Below, piece after piece: positions 1 to 8,687 of a DNA stretch of 64,000 nt. The DNA comes from Eubacteriales bacterium (lineage in GTDB: Bacteria; Bacillota; Clostridia; Christensenellales; Aristaeellaceae): positions 1,785 to 65,784 of the forward strand of contig JAVBUD010000008.1 in NCBI GenBank assembly GCA_031555755.1, read 5' to 3'. Position 1 is the stretch's first letter, and each line of letters opens with the position of its first letter. The translations under genes were made by a program, and so were the position numbers. Under the pieces are notes generated by a model. The model searched no databases. It was not told the DNA's origin and saw only the letters and a list, made by a program, of their open reading frames with translations.

Positions 1-523
1 TTCCCGCCTGGCTCCAGACGTGCTCCGGCACGATGTACAGCTCCGACAGGTAGGACAGCAGCGACGGGAACTTCTGGCTGCACTGGATCACCACTTCGTT
101 GCCGCTGCCGGTGACGGACTCAAACTTTTTCCACAGTCCGTACAGGTCCAGCGTGGTGTCCTTGATCATGTTGTAGGTGAACACCACGTCGTCCGCGTCG
201 AACGCCTCGCCGTCGTGCCACTTGACGCCCTCGCGCAGCTTCAGCGTCATCTGGGTGAAATCCTCGTTCCAGGTCCAGCTCTCGGCCAGCGCGGGGGTTG
301 TGGTGCCGTCCACGGGGTTGAAGTAGGTCAGCGCGTCGTACATGAACTGACGCAGCGTGCTGTTCCAGGTGCCGGTCGTCACGTAGGGGTTCTTGTTGGC
401 CATCTGGGTGTCCAGGATGAACTCGCCGATGATCAGCCGTCCGCCCTGCTTGGGGGCCTCGGCCATCGCGGGCATTGCCAGCACCATCAACAGCACCAGC
501 AGCAGGCTCAGGAATCTCTTCAC
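1..523 (-). CDS. ABC transporter substrate-binding protein, family 5 (peptide/nickel/oligosaccharide type), N-terminal part; gene continues past window start
   Basis: Own translation of the minus strand (absent from the ORF track because it runs off the edge). GTG at 523-521 is preceded by GGAGGAGGG. VKRFLSLLLVLLMVLAMPAMAEAPKQGGRLIIGEF...LAESWTWNEDFTQMTLKLREGVKWHDGEAFDADDVVFTYN gives a signal peptide plus a typical SBP_bac_5 N-terminus. Confidence 0.8.
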   Translation of the reverse strand, partial: MKRFLSLLLVLLMVLAMPAMAEAPKQGGRLIIGEFILDTQMANKNPYVTTGTWNSTLRQFMYDALTYFNPVDGTTTPALAESWTWNEDFTQMTLKLREGVKWHDGEAFDADDVVFTYNMIKDTTLDLYGLWKKFESVTGSGNEVVIQCSQKFPSLLSYLSELYIVPEHVWSQAG

Positions 524-648
524 GGAATCGCCCTCCTCCACTCACTTTGACGGCGCAATCGCGCCATCTTGTAAATTTATTATAAACGTTATGTTATCTT
601 TTTCAATGGCATATGTTCTGACATTCTTGTCATATGTTCAGATTGGTC

Positions 649-678
649 TAGACACGAACGCACAAAAGTGCGTATAAT
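649..678 (+). promoter_or_regulatory. Candidate sigma-70 promoter for the RR-HK-anSME-TSUP operon
   Basis: TAGACA (649-654), 18-nt spacer, TATAAT (673-678), 43 nt upstream of the ATG at 721. Confidence 0.4.
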
Positions 679-720
679 GGTGAAAATACGACCGCCGGGC
701 GGAGAGGAGGTGCGCGGGCC

Positions 721-1449
721 ATGTATTCCGTGGTATTTGTGGACGACGAGCCCTGGAGCGCCATCGACGCCATGAACAGCGTTGACTGGAAAAAGCACAA
801 CCTCTCGGTGGCCGCCTATCTGTCCAGCCCCGAAAAGGCGCTGGACGAGCTGTGCCGGCTGTCCCCGGACCTGGTGATCGTGGACATCCGCATGCCGGAG
901 ATGGACGGGTTCGAGTTCATCGAGGCCTGCCTCCGGCGCGAGGCGCGCTGCCTGTTTGTGATCCTGAGCGGATACAGCGACTTTGAGTACGCGCGGCGCG
1001 CGCTGCGTCTGCCCGTGGAGGATTACTGGCTTAAGCCGCTGGACCCGGTGCTGGTGGATGGGTCGCTGGGCAAGATCCGGCGCAAGCTGGACGATGCTGC
1101 ATCTGTCGAGCCCGACGCCGACCCCCACTTCCACGCGCTGCTCAGCTATGTGCGGGAGCACGCCGAGGGGAAGCTGCTGCTGGAGGACGTGGCGGCCGCG
1201 TTCAACTACAACCGCAACTACCTGTGTACGCTGTTCAAGCGCCACACCGGCCAGACGTTCGTGCAGTACCTGACCGACGTGCGGATGCGGCAGGCGTGCC
1301 GGATGCTGGCCCAGACCGACCAGGGCCTGGACGCCATCGCGCGCCAGTGCGGGCTGGGCGACGCGGTCTACTTCAACAAGGTCTTTCGCAAGCACACCGG
1401 CGCGACGCCCGCTGCCTACCGCAGGCGCGCGCGCGGCGGTGCGTCATGA
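721..1449 (+). CDS. Response regulator, CheY receiver + AraC-type HTH (YesN-like, short form)
   Basis: Receiver motifs VVFVDDE...DLVIVDIRMPEMDG...LKP. C-terminal AraC HTH NYLCTLFKRHTGQTFVQYLTDVRMRQACRML...AVYFNKVFRKHTGATPAAYRR. GGAGAGGAGG RBS upstream. Confidence 0.9.
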   Translation: MYSVVFVDDEPWSAIDAMNSVDWKKHNLSVAAYLSSPEKALDELCRLSPDLVIVDIRMPEMDGFEFIEACLRREARCLFVILSGYSDFEYARRALRLPVEDYWLKPLDPVLVDGSLGKIRRKLDDAASVEPDADPHFHALLSYVREHAEGKLLLEDVAAAFNYNRNYLCTLFKRHTGQTFVQYLTDVRMRQACRMLAQTDQGLDAIARQCGLGDAVYFNKVFRKHTGATPAAYRRRARGGAS

Positions 1450-3155
1450 GGCCGGGTAGCCTGCGCCGCCACATCTTCATCGCGGCGGCGTCGTCCCTGT
1501 GCCTGTTTTTGGCGGTGCAGATCGCGCTTTTCTTCGCGTACAACCGCTATCTGGCCGACGACGCCCAGGCACTGCTGGACAAGACGATCGACCGCAGCGC
1601 CCAGACGATCACGGAGCTGAGCGAGCGGCTGTTCGCGCTGGCGGGCTTTGCCCAGGTGCAGCCCGAGCTGGCCAATGCGGCGAGCATGCAGCCCAGCCAT
1701 CCGCTCACCAACGAGGAGCTCAACGCGGTGTTCATCCTCACTCGCACGGTCCGCGAGTCCGTGGGCGCGGTGTCCGACGTGGTGCTGGTGAACCGGCGCG
1801 GGCTGTGGCGCAGCTACATCTCCGCGCTGGGCGTGCCGCTGCTGGAACAGCTCGGGGAGCGGTACGATTTCCAGGACCCCAGCGGCGCCAGCCGGTTCTT
1901 CTTTTTTCCGGAGGGCACATTCGGCGTGGACCCGCAGTTCGCGTTCGTGATCCCGCTCCACGATGTGGACGTGCTGAACTGGACGTCCAGTTGCCTGGGC
2001 ACGGCGGTGCTGGCCTGCGACACGTCCGCGCTCTCCGGGCCGCTGACCCTCTCGTATCTGCAGCGAGACTACGGCTGCCAGTTGCTGGACGCGGGCGGAG
2101 ACGTGATCGTGCGCACCGGCGGCCGCGACCTGTCTGCCTATCCGCTGCACGCAGAGCGCACAGTGGCGGCCATGGGCCTCACGATCCGCGCGGCGCTGGC
2201 GCCCACGCCGTTCTTCCGCAGCAGCTTTTTCCTGTTTGCGATCCTACTGGACGCCTGCGTGCTGCTGGCGTCTTGGCTGACGTTCATGTATGTGTCCCAG
2301 CGGAAACTGGTGCGGCCCATCCGCGCGCTGGCGGGCGACATGGCGGCACTGCCCGGCGAGGGTGGGCGGCTCGAGGGCACCGGCGTGGGTGAGTTGGACG
2401 TGATCGTGGGCGGCGCGAACCAGATGCTGACCGCGCTGGATGCGGCGCATCAGTCCTCGCTGCGGGCTCAGAGCGAGCTGATCGAGTCCTCCTATCGCCA
2501 GCGCGAGGCGGAGCTATTTGCCCTGCAGAGCCAGATCAACCCTCACTTCCTGTTCAACACCATGCAGTGCATGCGCGCGCTGGCGCTGATCCACGGCGCG
2601 CAGGACGTGGCCGACATCGCCACCGCCATGGCCGGGCTGCTGCGCTACGCCATCAGCGCGGGCGACAGGGTCGCGCTCCAGGACGAGGTGCGCGCCATCG
2701 AGCAGTACCTGCTGATCACCGACATCCGTTATCAGCACCGGTTCGCCCACGAGGTCTGTGTGCCCCAGGACCTGCGCGCCGTCCCCTGCCTGCGCATGAG
2801 CATCCAGCCGCTGGTGGAAAACGCGATCCTGCACGGCCTGTCAGACGTGATGAGCGGCGGCATCGTGCGCATCGGCGCGGCGCTGGACGGCCAAGATATG
2901 GTCATTGAGGTGCGCGACAACGGCGCGGGCATTCCCGGGGATCGGCTGTCTGAGATTCAGGCCGCGCTGAAAATGGACTTCACCGAGTCGATCGGCGGCG
3001 ACGGCTTGAAGTCGTTCGGGCTGTACAACATCCACCGGCGGCTGTGCCTGATGTACGGCGAGCGCGCCGGACTGACCATCGAGTCCCGGCCCGGCGACAC
3101 GCGGCTTCGGCTGCGGTTTCCCGCAAAGCGCGACGAATCCATGCAAGGGAGCTGA
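1446..3155 (+). CDS. Sensor histidine kinase, YesM/LytS-type (PF06580-like H-box + HATPase)
   Basis: ATG at 1446 overlaps the RR stop (ATGA). N-terminal TM segment, H-box QINPHFLFNTMQ, N-box PLVENAILHG, G-box VRDNGAGIP. The ORF-track start at 1224 is an upstream extension inside the RR gene. Confidence 0.9.
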   Translation: MRPGSLRRHIFIAAASSLCLFLAVQIALFFAYNRYLADDAQALLDKTIDRSAQTITELSERLFALAGFAQVQPELANAASMQPSHPLTNEELNAVFILTRTVRESVGAVSDVVLVNRRGLWRSYISALGVPLLEQLGERYDFQDPSGASRFFFFPEGTFGVDPQFAFVIPLHDVDVLNWTSSCLGTAVLACDTSALSGPLTLSYLQRDYGCQLLDAGGDVIVRTGGRDLSAYPLHAERTVAAMGLTIRAALAPTPFFRSSFFLFAILLDACVLLASWLTFMYVSQRKLVRPIRALAGDMAALPGEGGRLEGTGVGELDVIVGGANQMLTALDAAHQSSLRAQSELIESSYRQREAELFALQSQINPHFLFNTMQCMRALALIHGAQDVADIATAMAGLLRYAISAGDRVALQDEVRAIEQYLLITDIRYQHRFAHEVCVPQDLRAVPCLRMSIQPLVENAILHGLSDVMSGGIVRIGAALDGQDMVIEVRDNGAGIPGDRLSEIQAALKMDFTESIGGDGLKSFGLYNIHRRLCLMYGERAGLTIESRPGDTRLRLRFPAKRDESMQGS

Positions 3156-3164
3156 CACCCACCA

Positions 3165-4295
3165 ATGAAAGCCCTCAACCTCCTCATCAAGCCCGCCTCG
3201 GGCAGCTGCAACATGCGCTGTGCCTACTGCTTCTACGACGACGTGGGCGACTCGCGCACCGTCAAGCGGCGCGGGCTCATGTCCCTGGACACGCTGGAGC
3301 GCGTGGTGAAGGCCTCGCTTCGGGAGGCCACCCACCAATGCACATTCGGGTTCCAGGGCGGCGAGCCGACGCTGGCGGGCCTGCCCTTTTTCCGCGCCCT
3401 GATCGAGTTTGAGCGCAGGCACAATGTGCACCGCGCTCAGATCCTGAACACCATCCAGACCAATGGCCAGCTGATCGACGGGGAATGGGCCTCGTTCCTG
3501 GCCGAGCACCGCTTCCTGACCGGCCTGAGCATCGACGGCCCGAAGGACATGCACGACGCGCTGCGCCTGGACCCCGCCGGCAAGGGCACCCACAACCAGG
3601 CCATGCGCGCCGCCAGGATGCTGACCAAGGCCGGCGCGGAGTTCAACATCCTCAGCGTGGTCACCCGCGCCCTGGCCGCCCACCCGGACGCGGCCTACGC
3701 GTTCTATAGGCGGCAGGGTTTCCGGTACCTGCAGTTCATCCCCTGCATGGATGAACTGGGCAATCAGCCCGGCGGCCACGACCATTCGCTGGACGCGGCG
3801 CTCTATGGCCGGTTCCTGATGAGGACGTTCGACCTGTGGCATCAGGACTACATAGCGGGCCAGCCCGTGTCCATCCGCGCCTTTGACAACTACGTGACCA
3901 TGCTCATGGGCTATCCGCCCGAGAGCTGCGCCATGGCGGGCCGATGCACGGCGTCGCTGGTGGTGGAGGCGGACGGCGAGGTGTACCCCTGCGACTTCTA
4001 CGCGCTGGACGAGCACAGGCTCGGCAACCTACGCCAGCAGTCCGTACAGGAACTGCTCTGCGGCGAGGCCGCGCGGGCGTTCGTGGAGCCGTCGCTGGCC
4101 GTTCATCCCGACTGCGCTGCCTGCCGTCACATGCCCATCTGCCGGGGCGGCTGCAGGCGCGACCGGGAAGTGCTCGAAGGCGGTGCGCTGGGGCGGAACC
4201 GGTACTGCGAATCCTACAGGATGCTGTTTGACCACGCGCTGCCCCGCATGCGGCAGGTCGCGTCCATGGAAATGCAGAGGAGGGCACGGCGATGA
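3165..4295 (+). CDS. Anaerobic sulfatase-maturating enzyme (radical SAM/SPASM, anSME family)
   Basis: LLIKPASGSCNMRCAYCFY (CX3CX2C), FGFQGGEPTLAG, QTNGQLID, LSIDGPKDMHD, SPASM-type C-terminal Cys clusters (CAACRHMPICRGGCRR). Collinear with the clostridial anSME as I recall it. Confidence 0.85.
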   Translation: MKALNLLIKPASGSCNMRCAYCFYDDVGDSRTVKRRGLMSLDTLERVVKASLREATHQCTFGFQGGEPTLAGLPFFRALIEFERRHNVHRAQILNTIQTNGQLIDGEWASFLAEHRFLTGLSIDGPKDMHDALRLDPAGKGTHNQAMRAARMLTKAGAEFNILSVVTRALAAHPDAAYAFYRRQGFRYLQFIPCMDELGNQPGGHDHSLDAALYGRFLMRTFDLWHQDYIAGQPVSIRAFDNYVTMLMGYPPESCAMAGRCTASLVVEADGEVYPCDFYALDEHRLGNLRQQSVQELLCGEAARAFVEPSLAVHPDCAACRHMPICRGGCRRDREVLEGGALGRNRYCESYRMLFDHALPRMRQVASMEMQRRARR

Positions 4296-5080
4296 GCACG
4301 GCGATCCTGTTCTTTTTGGTTACCGCCGGCGCGTCCGTCGTGGGCGCCATCAGCGGCATCGGCGGCGGCATCATCATCAAGCCCTTGTTGGAGCTGGTCA
4401 CCTCCGAGCCTGTGGAGGCCATCGCCTTTCTCAGCGGCTGCACGGTGCTTTCGATGGCCATCGTGTCGCTGCTGCGCAGGCGCAGGGAGATCAGCGCCGG
4501 CTTCGAGCTGCGGCGCGGCACGCTGCTCGCCATCGGCTCGGCGGTGGGCGGGGTGTTGGGCAAGCTGCTGTTCGTCGAGATCCGAAACGCGGCGGGCTCA
4601 GACATGGTGGGCATCAGCCAGTCCGTCGTGCTGGCGCTGATGGCCGTTTTCCTGATGGTGCACGTGCTCTGCAGCGCGCGCATCCGCGCCCGCGACATGC
4701 AGTCCGGCGCGGTGTGCGCGGCGCTGGGCGCTGGGCTGGGGCTGCTGTCCGCGTTCCTGGGCATCGGCGGTGGCCCGCTGAACCTCGCGGCGCTGAGCTT
4801 TTTCCTGTCGATGGACAACAAGCGCGCGTCGCTGCACTCCATCTACATCATTCTGTTCTCCCAGGCGGCGAGCCTGCTGATGACCTTCGCCCAGCGCGCG
4901 GTGCCCGACGTGCCCCATCAGCTGCTGCTCACCTCCATCCTCGGCGGCGTGTCCGGCGCGCTGATCGGCAGCGCCTTGGTCGCAAAAATGACAAACAAGA
5001 CTGTCGGCTACCTCTACTGGGCCATCCTCGCGTTCGTGCTCATCATGGCGCTGCTGAACCTGCACAGATACTTGGCTTAG
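4292..5080 (+). CDS. TSUP/TauE-SafE family membrane anion (sulfite/sulfonate-type) exporter
   Basis: ATG overlaps the anSME stop (ATGA). Polytopic protein with two GIGGG(x)I/L motifs (AISGIGGGIIIKPLL; FLGIGGGPLNLAAL), typical of TauE/TSUP. Confidence 0.8.
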   Translation: MSTAILFFLVTAGASVVGAISGIGGGIIIKPLLELVTSEPVEAIAFLSGCTVLSMAIVSLLRRRREISAGFELRRGTLLAIGSAVGGVLGKLLFVEIRNAAGSDMVGISQSVVLALMAVFLMVHVLCSARIRARDMQSGAVCAALGAGLGLLSAFLGIGGGPLNLAALSFFLSMDNKRASLHSIYIILFSQAASLLMTFAQRAVPDVPHQLLLTSILGGVSGALIGSALVAKMTNKTVGYLYWAILAFVLIMALLNLHRYLA

Positions 5081-5085
5081 GTCCA

Positions 5086-6075
5086 TCAATCGGCCAGCTG
5101 CGGGTGCTCCCATTCCACTTCCCATTCGAGCACTTCCCCGGTCAGTGCGTCGATGTCGTACTCGTAGTCTTTCTGTTCATAGCAGAACTCGACGTCGTAG
5201 ATGAGGCGGCTGTGGTCGATGTCCATTTCGCAGGTGAGTGAGGTCACGCGCTCTTTGCGCTGGTCGTGGCAGGCCAGGGCAATTTCGATGGCGCGCGCTT
5301 CGCCAATGTACTTGACGGCGTTGGCCGCACCGAGAAAATGGATGCCCTGTGGCCGCTGCGCCTTGGACGCCAGCACCAGGCTGATGTCAGTGATGGGCAC
5401 ATCTTTGACTGCGTCAAAGCTGAGCGCGGGATTGAGCAGGATCAGCCGTTCCACCAGTGCGGTCTTGCCCAGAGAGGTGTTGTGGTCGGTCGCCAATTGA
5501 TGCAGCTCAGCGCTGCCATCCACGCGCTGGCTGAGCACCGCGCCGTCGAACGCGCACTGGGCGAAGGCCTCGCTGGCGGCGCGCTCGGCTTGGGAGCGGA
5601 GCGCGTCGGCCAGGGCTGGGTCGGACGCTTCCGTGGAGATCAGCACCGTGTTCGCGTCGCCGTGAAGATATCCGTGCTTGAGCATCGAACCGAGCAGCGC
5701 GTTAACAGCCACATCGGCGGTCGTTCCGCGCAGTAGCATCGAGTCCAGCACCTTCACCCCGTCCGCGTTGACGGGCTCTGCCGCGACGACACGCTGTTGG
5801 CGGTTGAAGCGCAGCTCGATGGCGGGATTCACATCCAGATCCAGCAGCGCCACGCTCTGCAGGTTGAATGTCCAATGGCCCACGCCGGCAAGCAGCACGA
5901 TCATCGCCGCTGCAGCCAGCGCGAACTGGCGGATGGAGGCGCGGCGCGGTTTGGCAGGTTCGAGTGCGGCGGTTGGCGCCGGCGTGGGCCAGTTGGCCAG
6001 CACGCGATCCAGCACGTCCGGCGCGGTATCCCGCACGGCGCGGGACAGCATCCGCTCCACATCGCGGTTTCTCAC
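5086..6075 (-). CDS. Anti-sigma factor, single-pass membrane protein with RsgI-like middle region and C-terminal PepSY domain
   Basis: Overlaps the upstream ECF sigma gene by 4 nt. TM segment FALAAAAMIVLLAGVGHW, extracytoplasmic DLDVNPAIELRFN...NADG segment, C-terminal PepSY-like IGEARAIEIAL...YDVEF...YEYDIDALTGEVLEWE. Confidence 0.7.
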   Translation of the reverse strand: MRNRDVERMLSRAVRDTAPDVLDRVLANWPTPAPTAALEPAKPRRASIRQFALAAAAMIVLLAGVGHWTFNLQSVALLDLDVNPAIELRFNRQQRVVAAEPVNADGVKVLDSMLLRGTTADVAVNALLGSMLKHGYLHGDANTVLISTEASDPALADALRSQAERAASEAFAQCAFDGAVLSQRVDGSAELHQLATDHNTSLGKTALVERLILLNPALSFDAVKDVPITDISLVLASKAQRPQGIHFLGAANAVKYIGEARAIEIALACHDQRKERVTSLTCEMDIDHSRLIYDVEFCYEQKDYEYDIDALTGEVLEWEVEWEHPQLAD

Positions 6076-6638
6076 ACGAATCCCCCTTCCCTGAGCGCGC
6101 GCTTGAGCTTTTTCAGCGCGCGGTTGTATTTTGACAGCACGGTGGACAGCGGCAGGCCCATCAGCGTCGCGATCTCGCGGTGCTTCAGACCGGACAGCGC
6201 GTGCAGATTGACCACCTGGCGCTCCTCATCGGTCAGCAGCTTGAGTGTTGCCATCAGCACCAGCCGGTCCTCGTGGGCGATCAGCGGTTCAAAACCGGCG
6301 ATCGCCTCAAACAACACCGGTTCCGTCACCGCCTCGCGATCCAGCTTTCGCAGTTTCATCAGTGCCAGATTGCGCGCGATGGTCAGCAACCAGGCCATGG
6401 GCTTGCCCATCGCGCGGTATTGGTGGGCGGCGGCGCACAGGCTCATGTAGGTCTCCTGCATCACGTCCTCGGCGTCGCATCTGTGCTTCACGATGGACAG
6501 CGCATAGCCGAACACGGCGGCATGGGTCTCGGCATACAGCATGCGGAGTGCCTGCTGATCGCCCGAGGCAATCCGCGCAATCAGCACCTCGAGCGGCGGC
6601 GACGCCTGTGCATCACCCAAGGCCGTCAGCAGCCACAT
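6072..6638 (-). CDS. RNA polymerase sigma factor, ECF (sigma-70 group 4)
   Basis: Region 2 (DAEDVMQETYMSL...AWLLTIARNLALMKLRK) and region 4 HTH (LTDEERQVVNLHALSGLKHREIATLMGLPLSTVLSKYNRALKKL). GAAGGAGA RBS 7 nt before the ATG. Confidence 0.9.
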   Translation of the reverse strand: MWLLTALGDAQASPPLEVLIARIASGDQQALRMLYAETHAAVFGYALSIVKHRCDAEDVMQETYMSLCAAAHQYRAMGKPMAWLLTIARNLALMKLRKLDREAVTEPVLFEAIAGFEPLIAHEDRLVLMATLKLLTDEERQVVNLHALSGLKHREIATLMGLPLSTVLSKYNRALKKLKRALREGGFV

Positions 6639-6786
6639 TGCGTCATCTCCTTCACCTGGTTAATGCGCGGCGCGGGCAATTTATCGCAGCGCCCATGTAT
6701 AGTATAACAAATATTTGCGCATTGTGCGATAAACGGGCGAAGATGTGCATTATTGGGTTGAAGGGCTGAAAGAAGGAGGCGGATTT

Positions 6787-7278
6787 ATGAAGCGAATCTG
6801 GACGGCAATTGCTGTGGTGCTCGTGCTGGTGCTGGCCGCGCCCGCGCTGGCCGTGACACTGGATGAGGCGCGGCAGGCGGCGCTGGAGCACGCGGGTCTG
6901 ACCGCAGAGCAGGTCACATTCACGGCGCGGCACGCGGACCGCGAGGACGGGTTGTCGGTGTTTGACGTGGAGTTCTTCGCGGACGGCGCCGAGTACGACT
7001 ATGAGATCGACGCGGAGACCGGCGCGGTGCTGGCGTTCGACAACGACCTGGCGGACGGCGCGGCAGGCGAGCCGGTGGATGCCGAGCAGGCGCTGGCGAT
7101 TGCGCTCGCGCAGGCGGGACTCAGCATGGATGAGGTGCGCGTGCTCAAGACTGAGTCCGACCTCGAGGACGGGCGGCAGGTATTCGAGATCGAGTTTTTG
7201 CACGGCGGCGCGGAGTACGAGTGCGAGGTGGATCAAGCCACCGGGCGCATCACGGGATGGGACGTCGACAACGATTGA
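6787..7278 (+). CDS. Secreted protein with two PepSY domains
   Basis: ATG at 6787 follows GAAGGAGG. Signal peptide MKRIWTAIAVVLVLVLAAPALA. Two repeats of the pattern ...A..HAGL....V.F......EDG..VF(D/E)(V/I)EF...GAEY(D/E)YE(I/V)D..TG. Confidence 0.8.
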   Translation: MKRIWTAIAVVLVLVLAAPALAVTLDEARQAALEHAGLTAEQVTFTARHADREDGLSVFDVEFFADGAEYDYEIDAETGAVLAFDNDLADGAAGEPVDAEQALAIALAQAGLSMDEVRVLKTESDLEDGRQVFEIEFLHGGAEYECEVDQATGRITGWDVDND

Positions 7279-7294
7279 TGGGAGGTCTGTACTC

Positions 7295-7603
7295 ATGAGG
7301 GACAAGATTCAAAAGGGCATGGCGGTGGCGCTGGTTGCGCTGCTGCTCGGTGTGGCGAGTGCGCCACCGGCTCAGGCCGCGAAGTACATCAGCGCGGCCA
7401 AGGCCAAATCCATCGCGCTCAAGTGCGCCGGGCGGCGCTCGTCCGCCGTCAAGTTCACCAAAACGCGCCGCGAGCGCGACGACGGGCGCATGATCTACGA
7501 CATCGAGTTCCGACTGCGCAGCAACCGCCGGATCGAGTTCGAGTTTGAGATCGACGCGCGGACAGGCCGCATCCTGGAGTGGGATGAGGACTACGACGAT
7601 TGA
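7295..7603 (+). CDS. Secreted single-PepSY-domain protein
   Basis: ATG at 7295 follows GGGAGG. Signal peptide ...LLLGVASAPPAQA. AKAKSIALKCAG...DDGRMIYDIEF...EFEFEIDARTGRILEWDED. Confidence 0.75.
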   Translation: MRDKIQKGMAVALVALLLGVASAPPAQAAKYISAAKAKSIALKCAGRRSSAVKFTKTRRERDDGRMIYDIEFRLRSNRRIEFEFEIDARTGRILEWDEDYDD

Positions 7604-7625
7604 CCCGCTCACAATGATTGTAGAA

Positions 7626-7656
7626 AAGGCAGCTTCAAGTGGAGCTGCCTTTATCG
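7626..7656 (+). terminator. Candidate intrinsic terminator after the PepSY genes
   Basis: 9-bp stem AAGGCAGCT (7626-7634) / AGCTGCCTT (7643-7651), 8-nt loop, short T-containing tail. Confidence 0.5.
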
Positions 7657-7804
7657 CTTCGAGAACCGGCTCCATGAAGCGAGGACAGAATCGAACAGAT
7701 GACGCTGGACTTCATCGCCCACTTGTGCGGTGTCGCCCTAGTTCGGGTCACCGCGCACCCCCATGTCCATGCTGCGGGAAATGATGAGCGACAGGATCGA
7801 CGGA

Positions 7805-7840
7805 AAATGCTCATGAAAGGTCTGCTTTTCATGAGCATTT
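7805..7840. terminator. Perfect 14-bp hairpin between convergent genes (possible bidirectional terminator)
   Basis: AAATGCTCATGAAA (7805-7818) pairs with TTTCATGAGCATTT (7827-7840). Flanking U-tracts are weak in both directions. Confidence 0.4.
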
Positions 7841-7892
7841 CACCGATATCCATTGGAAATGGATGCCAGATCTGCGCCGCGCTTGAAGACGT

Positions 7893-8687
7893 CTACAGTA
7901 TCGGCACGTCCGCGACATTAAATGACGCGACGGGCTCGCCGGTCTCGGTGTTGAGCAGGGTGATTGTCTCCGGTGCGGCGGGCGTGCCCAGGTTGAACAC
8001 CAGGTCGTGGTCGATGGACTTGGTCGAGAGGGAGCTGATTTCGCCTGAGCCGTGCAGCGTGAAACTCCCCACGCTCAGCTCGAGGGTCTCGCCGTCGGCG
8101 ACGACGACGGCGGACAGCGCGGAGGCGTTCTGCCCATCCGGGTCCTTGAGCAGAACGATGCCGTTGCCACGGACCTTGATGACGGTGTGCCCATCCTGGT
8201 CCGTCTCGATCTGATAGCCCGAATAGGTGTAGGGCTGGCCATACACCACGCATTCGAAGGGGAACGCGCCCGAGTCCGCGCCCTCGGCGGCAGTGGCCTT
8301 CGCGGGCTCCGCCCTCGTGCAGGGCACCGTGTAGGCAAACACCCCGCTGGCCATCGTGGTCTTGACGTCCAGTGTCAGCACGCCGTCCGCGTAGGCATAG
8401 GTCCCTTCGCAGGTCTGGATGCCCAGCTTGTTGTCCTTCGGGATCTGCACGGAGAATGTGTCCGAATCCACCGATAGGGTGAAATCATAGCGCTCCTCAT
8501 ACCCGCTCTGCTCGAATGTGTACGTGCCCGCGCCGTCTGGGCCTACGCTGAATGACAGGTTGATGTCGCCGGAGTGGCCCGTCCAATCGCCGATGTACTC
8601 CGCGGGGACGGTATTGTCGGCCCATGCGGCGGAGCACAGCATCATCGACAACACCAGAACCAACAGCATGGACAGTGACTTTTTCAT
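7893..8687 (-). CDS. Secreted hypothetical protein
   Basis: Start taken at MKKSLSMLLVLVLSMMLCSAAWA (ATG 8687, TAGGAGGGA RBS) rather than the ORF-track start at 8756. No recognisable catalytic motif. The beta-rich composition is my impression only. Confidence 0.6.
   Translation of the reverse strand: MKKSLSMLLVLVLSMMLCSAAWADNTVPAEYIGDWTGHSGDINLSFSVGPDGAGTYTFEQSGYEERYDFTLSVDSDTFSVQIPKDNKLGIQTCEGTYAYADGVLTLDVKTTMASGVFAYTVPCTRAEPAKATAAEGADSGAFPFECVVYGQPYTYSGYQIETDQDGHTVIKVRGNGIVLLKDPDGQNASALSAVVVADGETLELSVGSFTLHGSGEISSLSTKSIDHDLVFNLGTPAAPETITLLNTETGEPVASFNVADVPIL

Noticed and set aside
2841-4016. Long antisense or alternative-frame ORFs throughout the track. Examples: 2841..4016(-), 15168..16955(-), 24729..26957(-), 31020..33005(-), 33528..35369(-), 40770..42929(-), 47742..50072(-), 52421..54463(-), 57725..59383(-), 11049..12041(+), 12253..13275(+).
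   Set aside because: They lie opposite to, or out of frame with, genes that have clear family motifs. Their translations are Arg/Ala/Gly/Pro-rich low-complexity strings, typical of non-coding frames in GC-rich DNA. They lack RBS-like sequences and recognisable domains.
5080-5086. Nearly abutting convergent gene ends: TSUP exporter / anti-sigma with a 5-nt gap, and GRE / DeoR with a 14-nt gap at 50130-50143. I considered these as evidence for overlapping 3' UTR antisense regulation.
   Set aside because: Tight convergent packing is common in compact genomes. No hairpin or other signal in the sequence supports a specific mechanism.
7681-7701. A TTCGATT (T-loop-like) sequence on the minus strand within the 289-bp intergenic region, considered as a possible tRNA.
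   Set aside because: The flanking bases do not form the 5-bp T-stem and no acceptor or anticodon arms can be drawn.
7660-7800. A possible gene remnant in the 7604-7892 spacer (minus-frame ...PSILSLIISRSMDMGVRGDPN*).
   Set aside because: It is too short, with no start or RBS and no family motif. I cannot tell it apart from random sequence without a database search.
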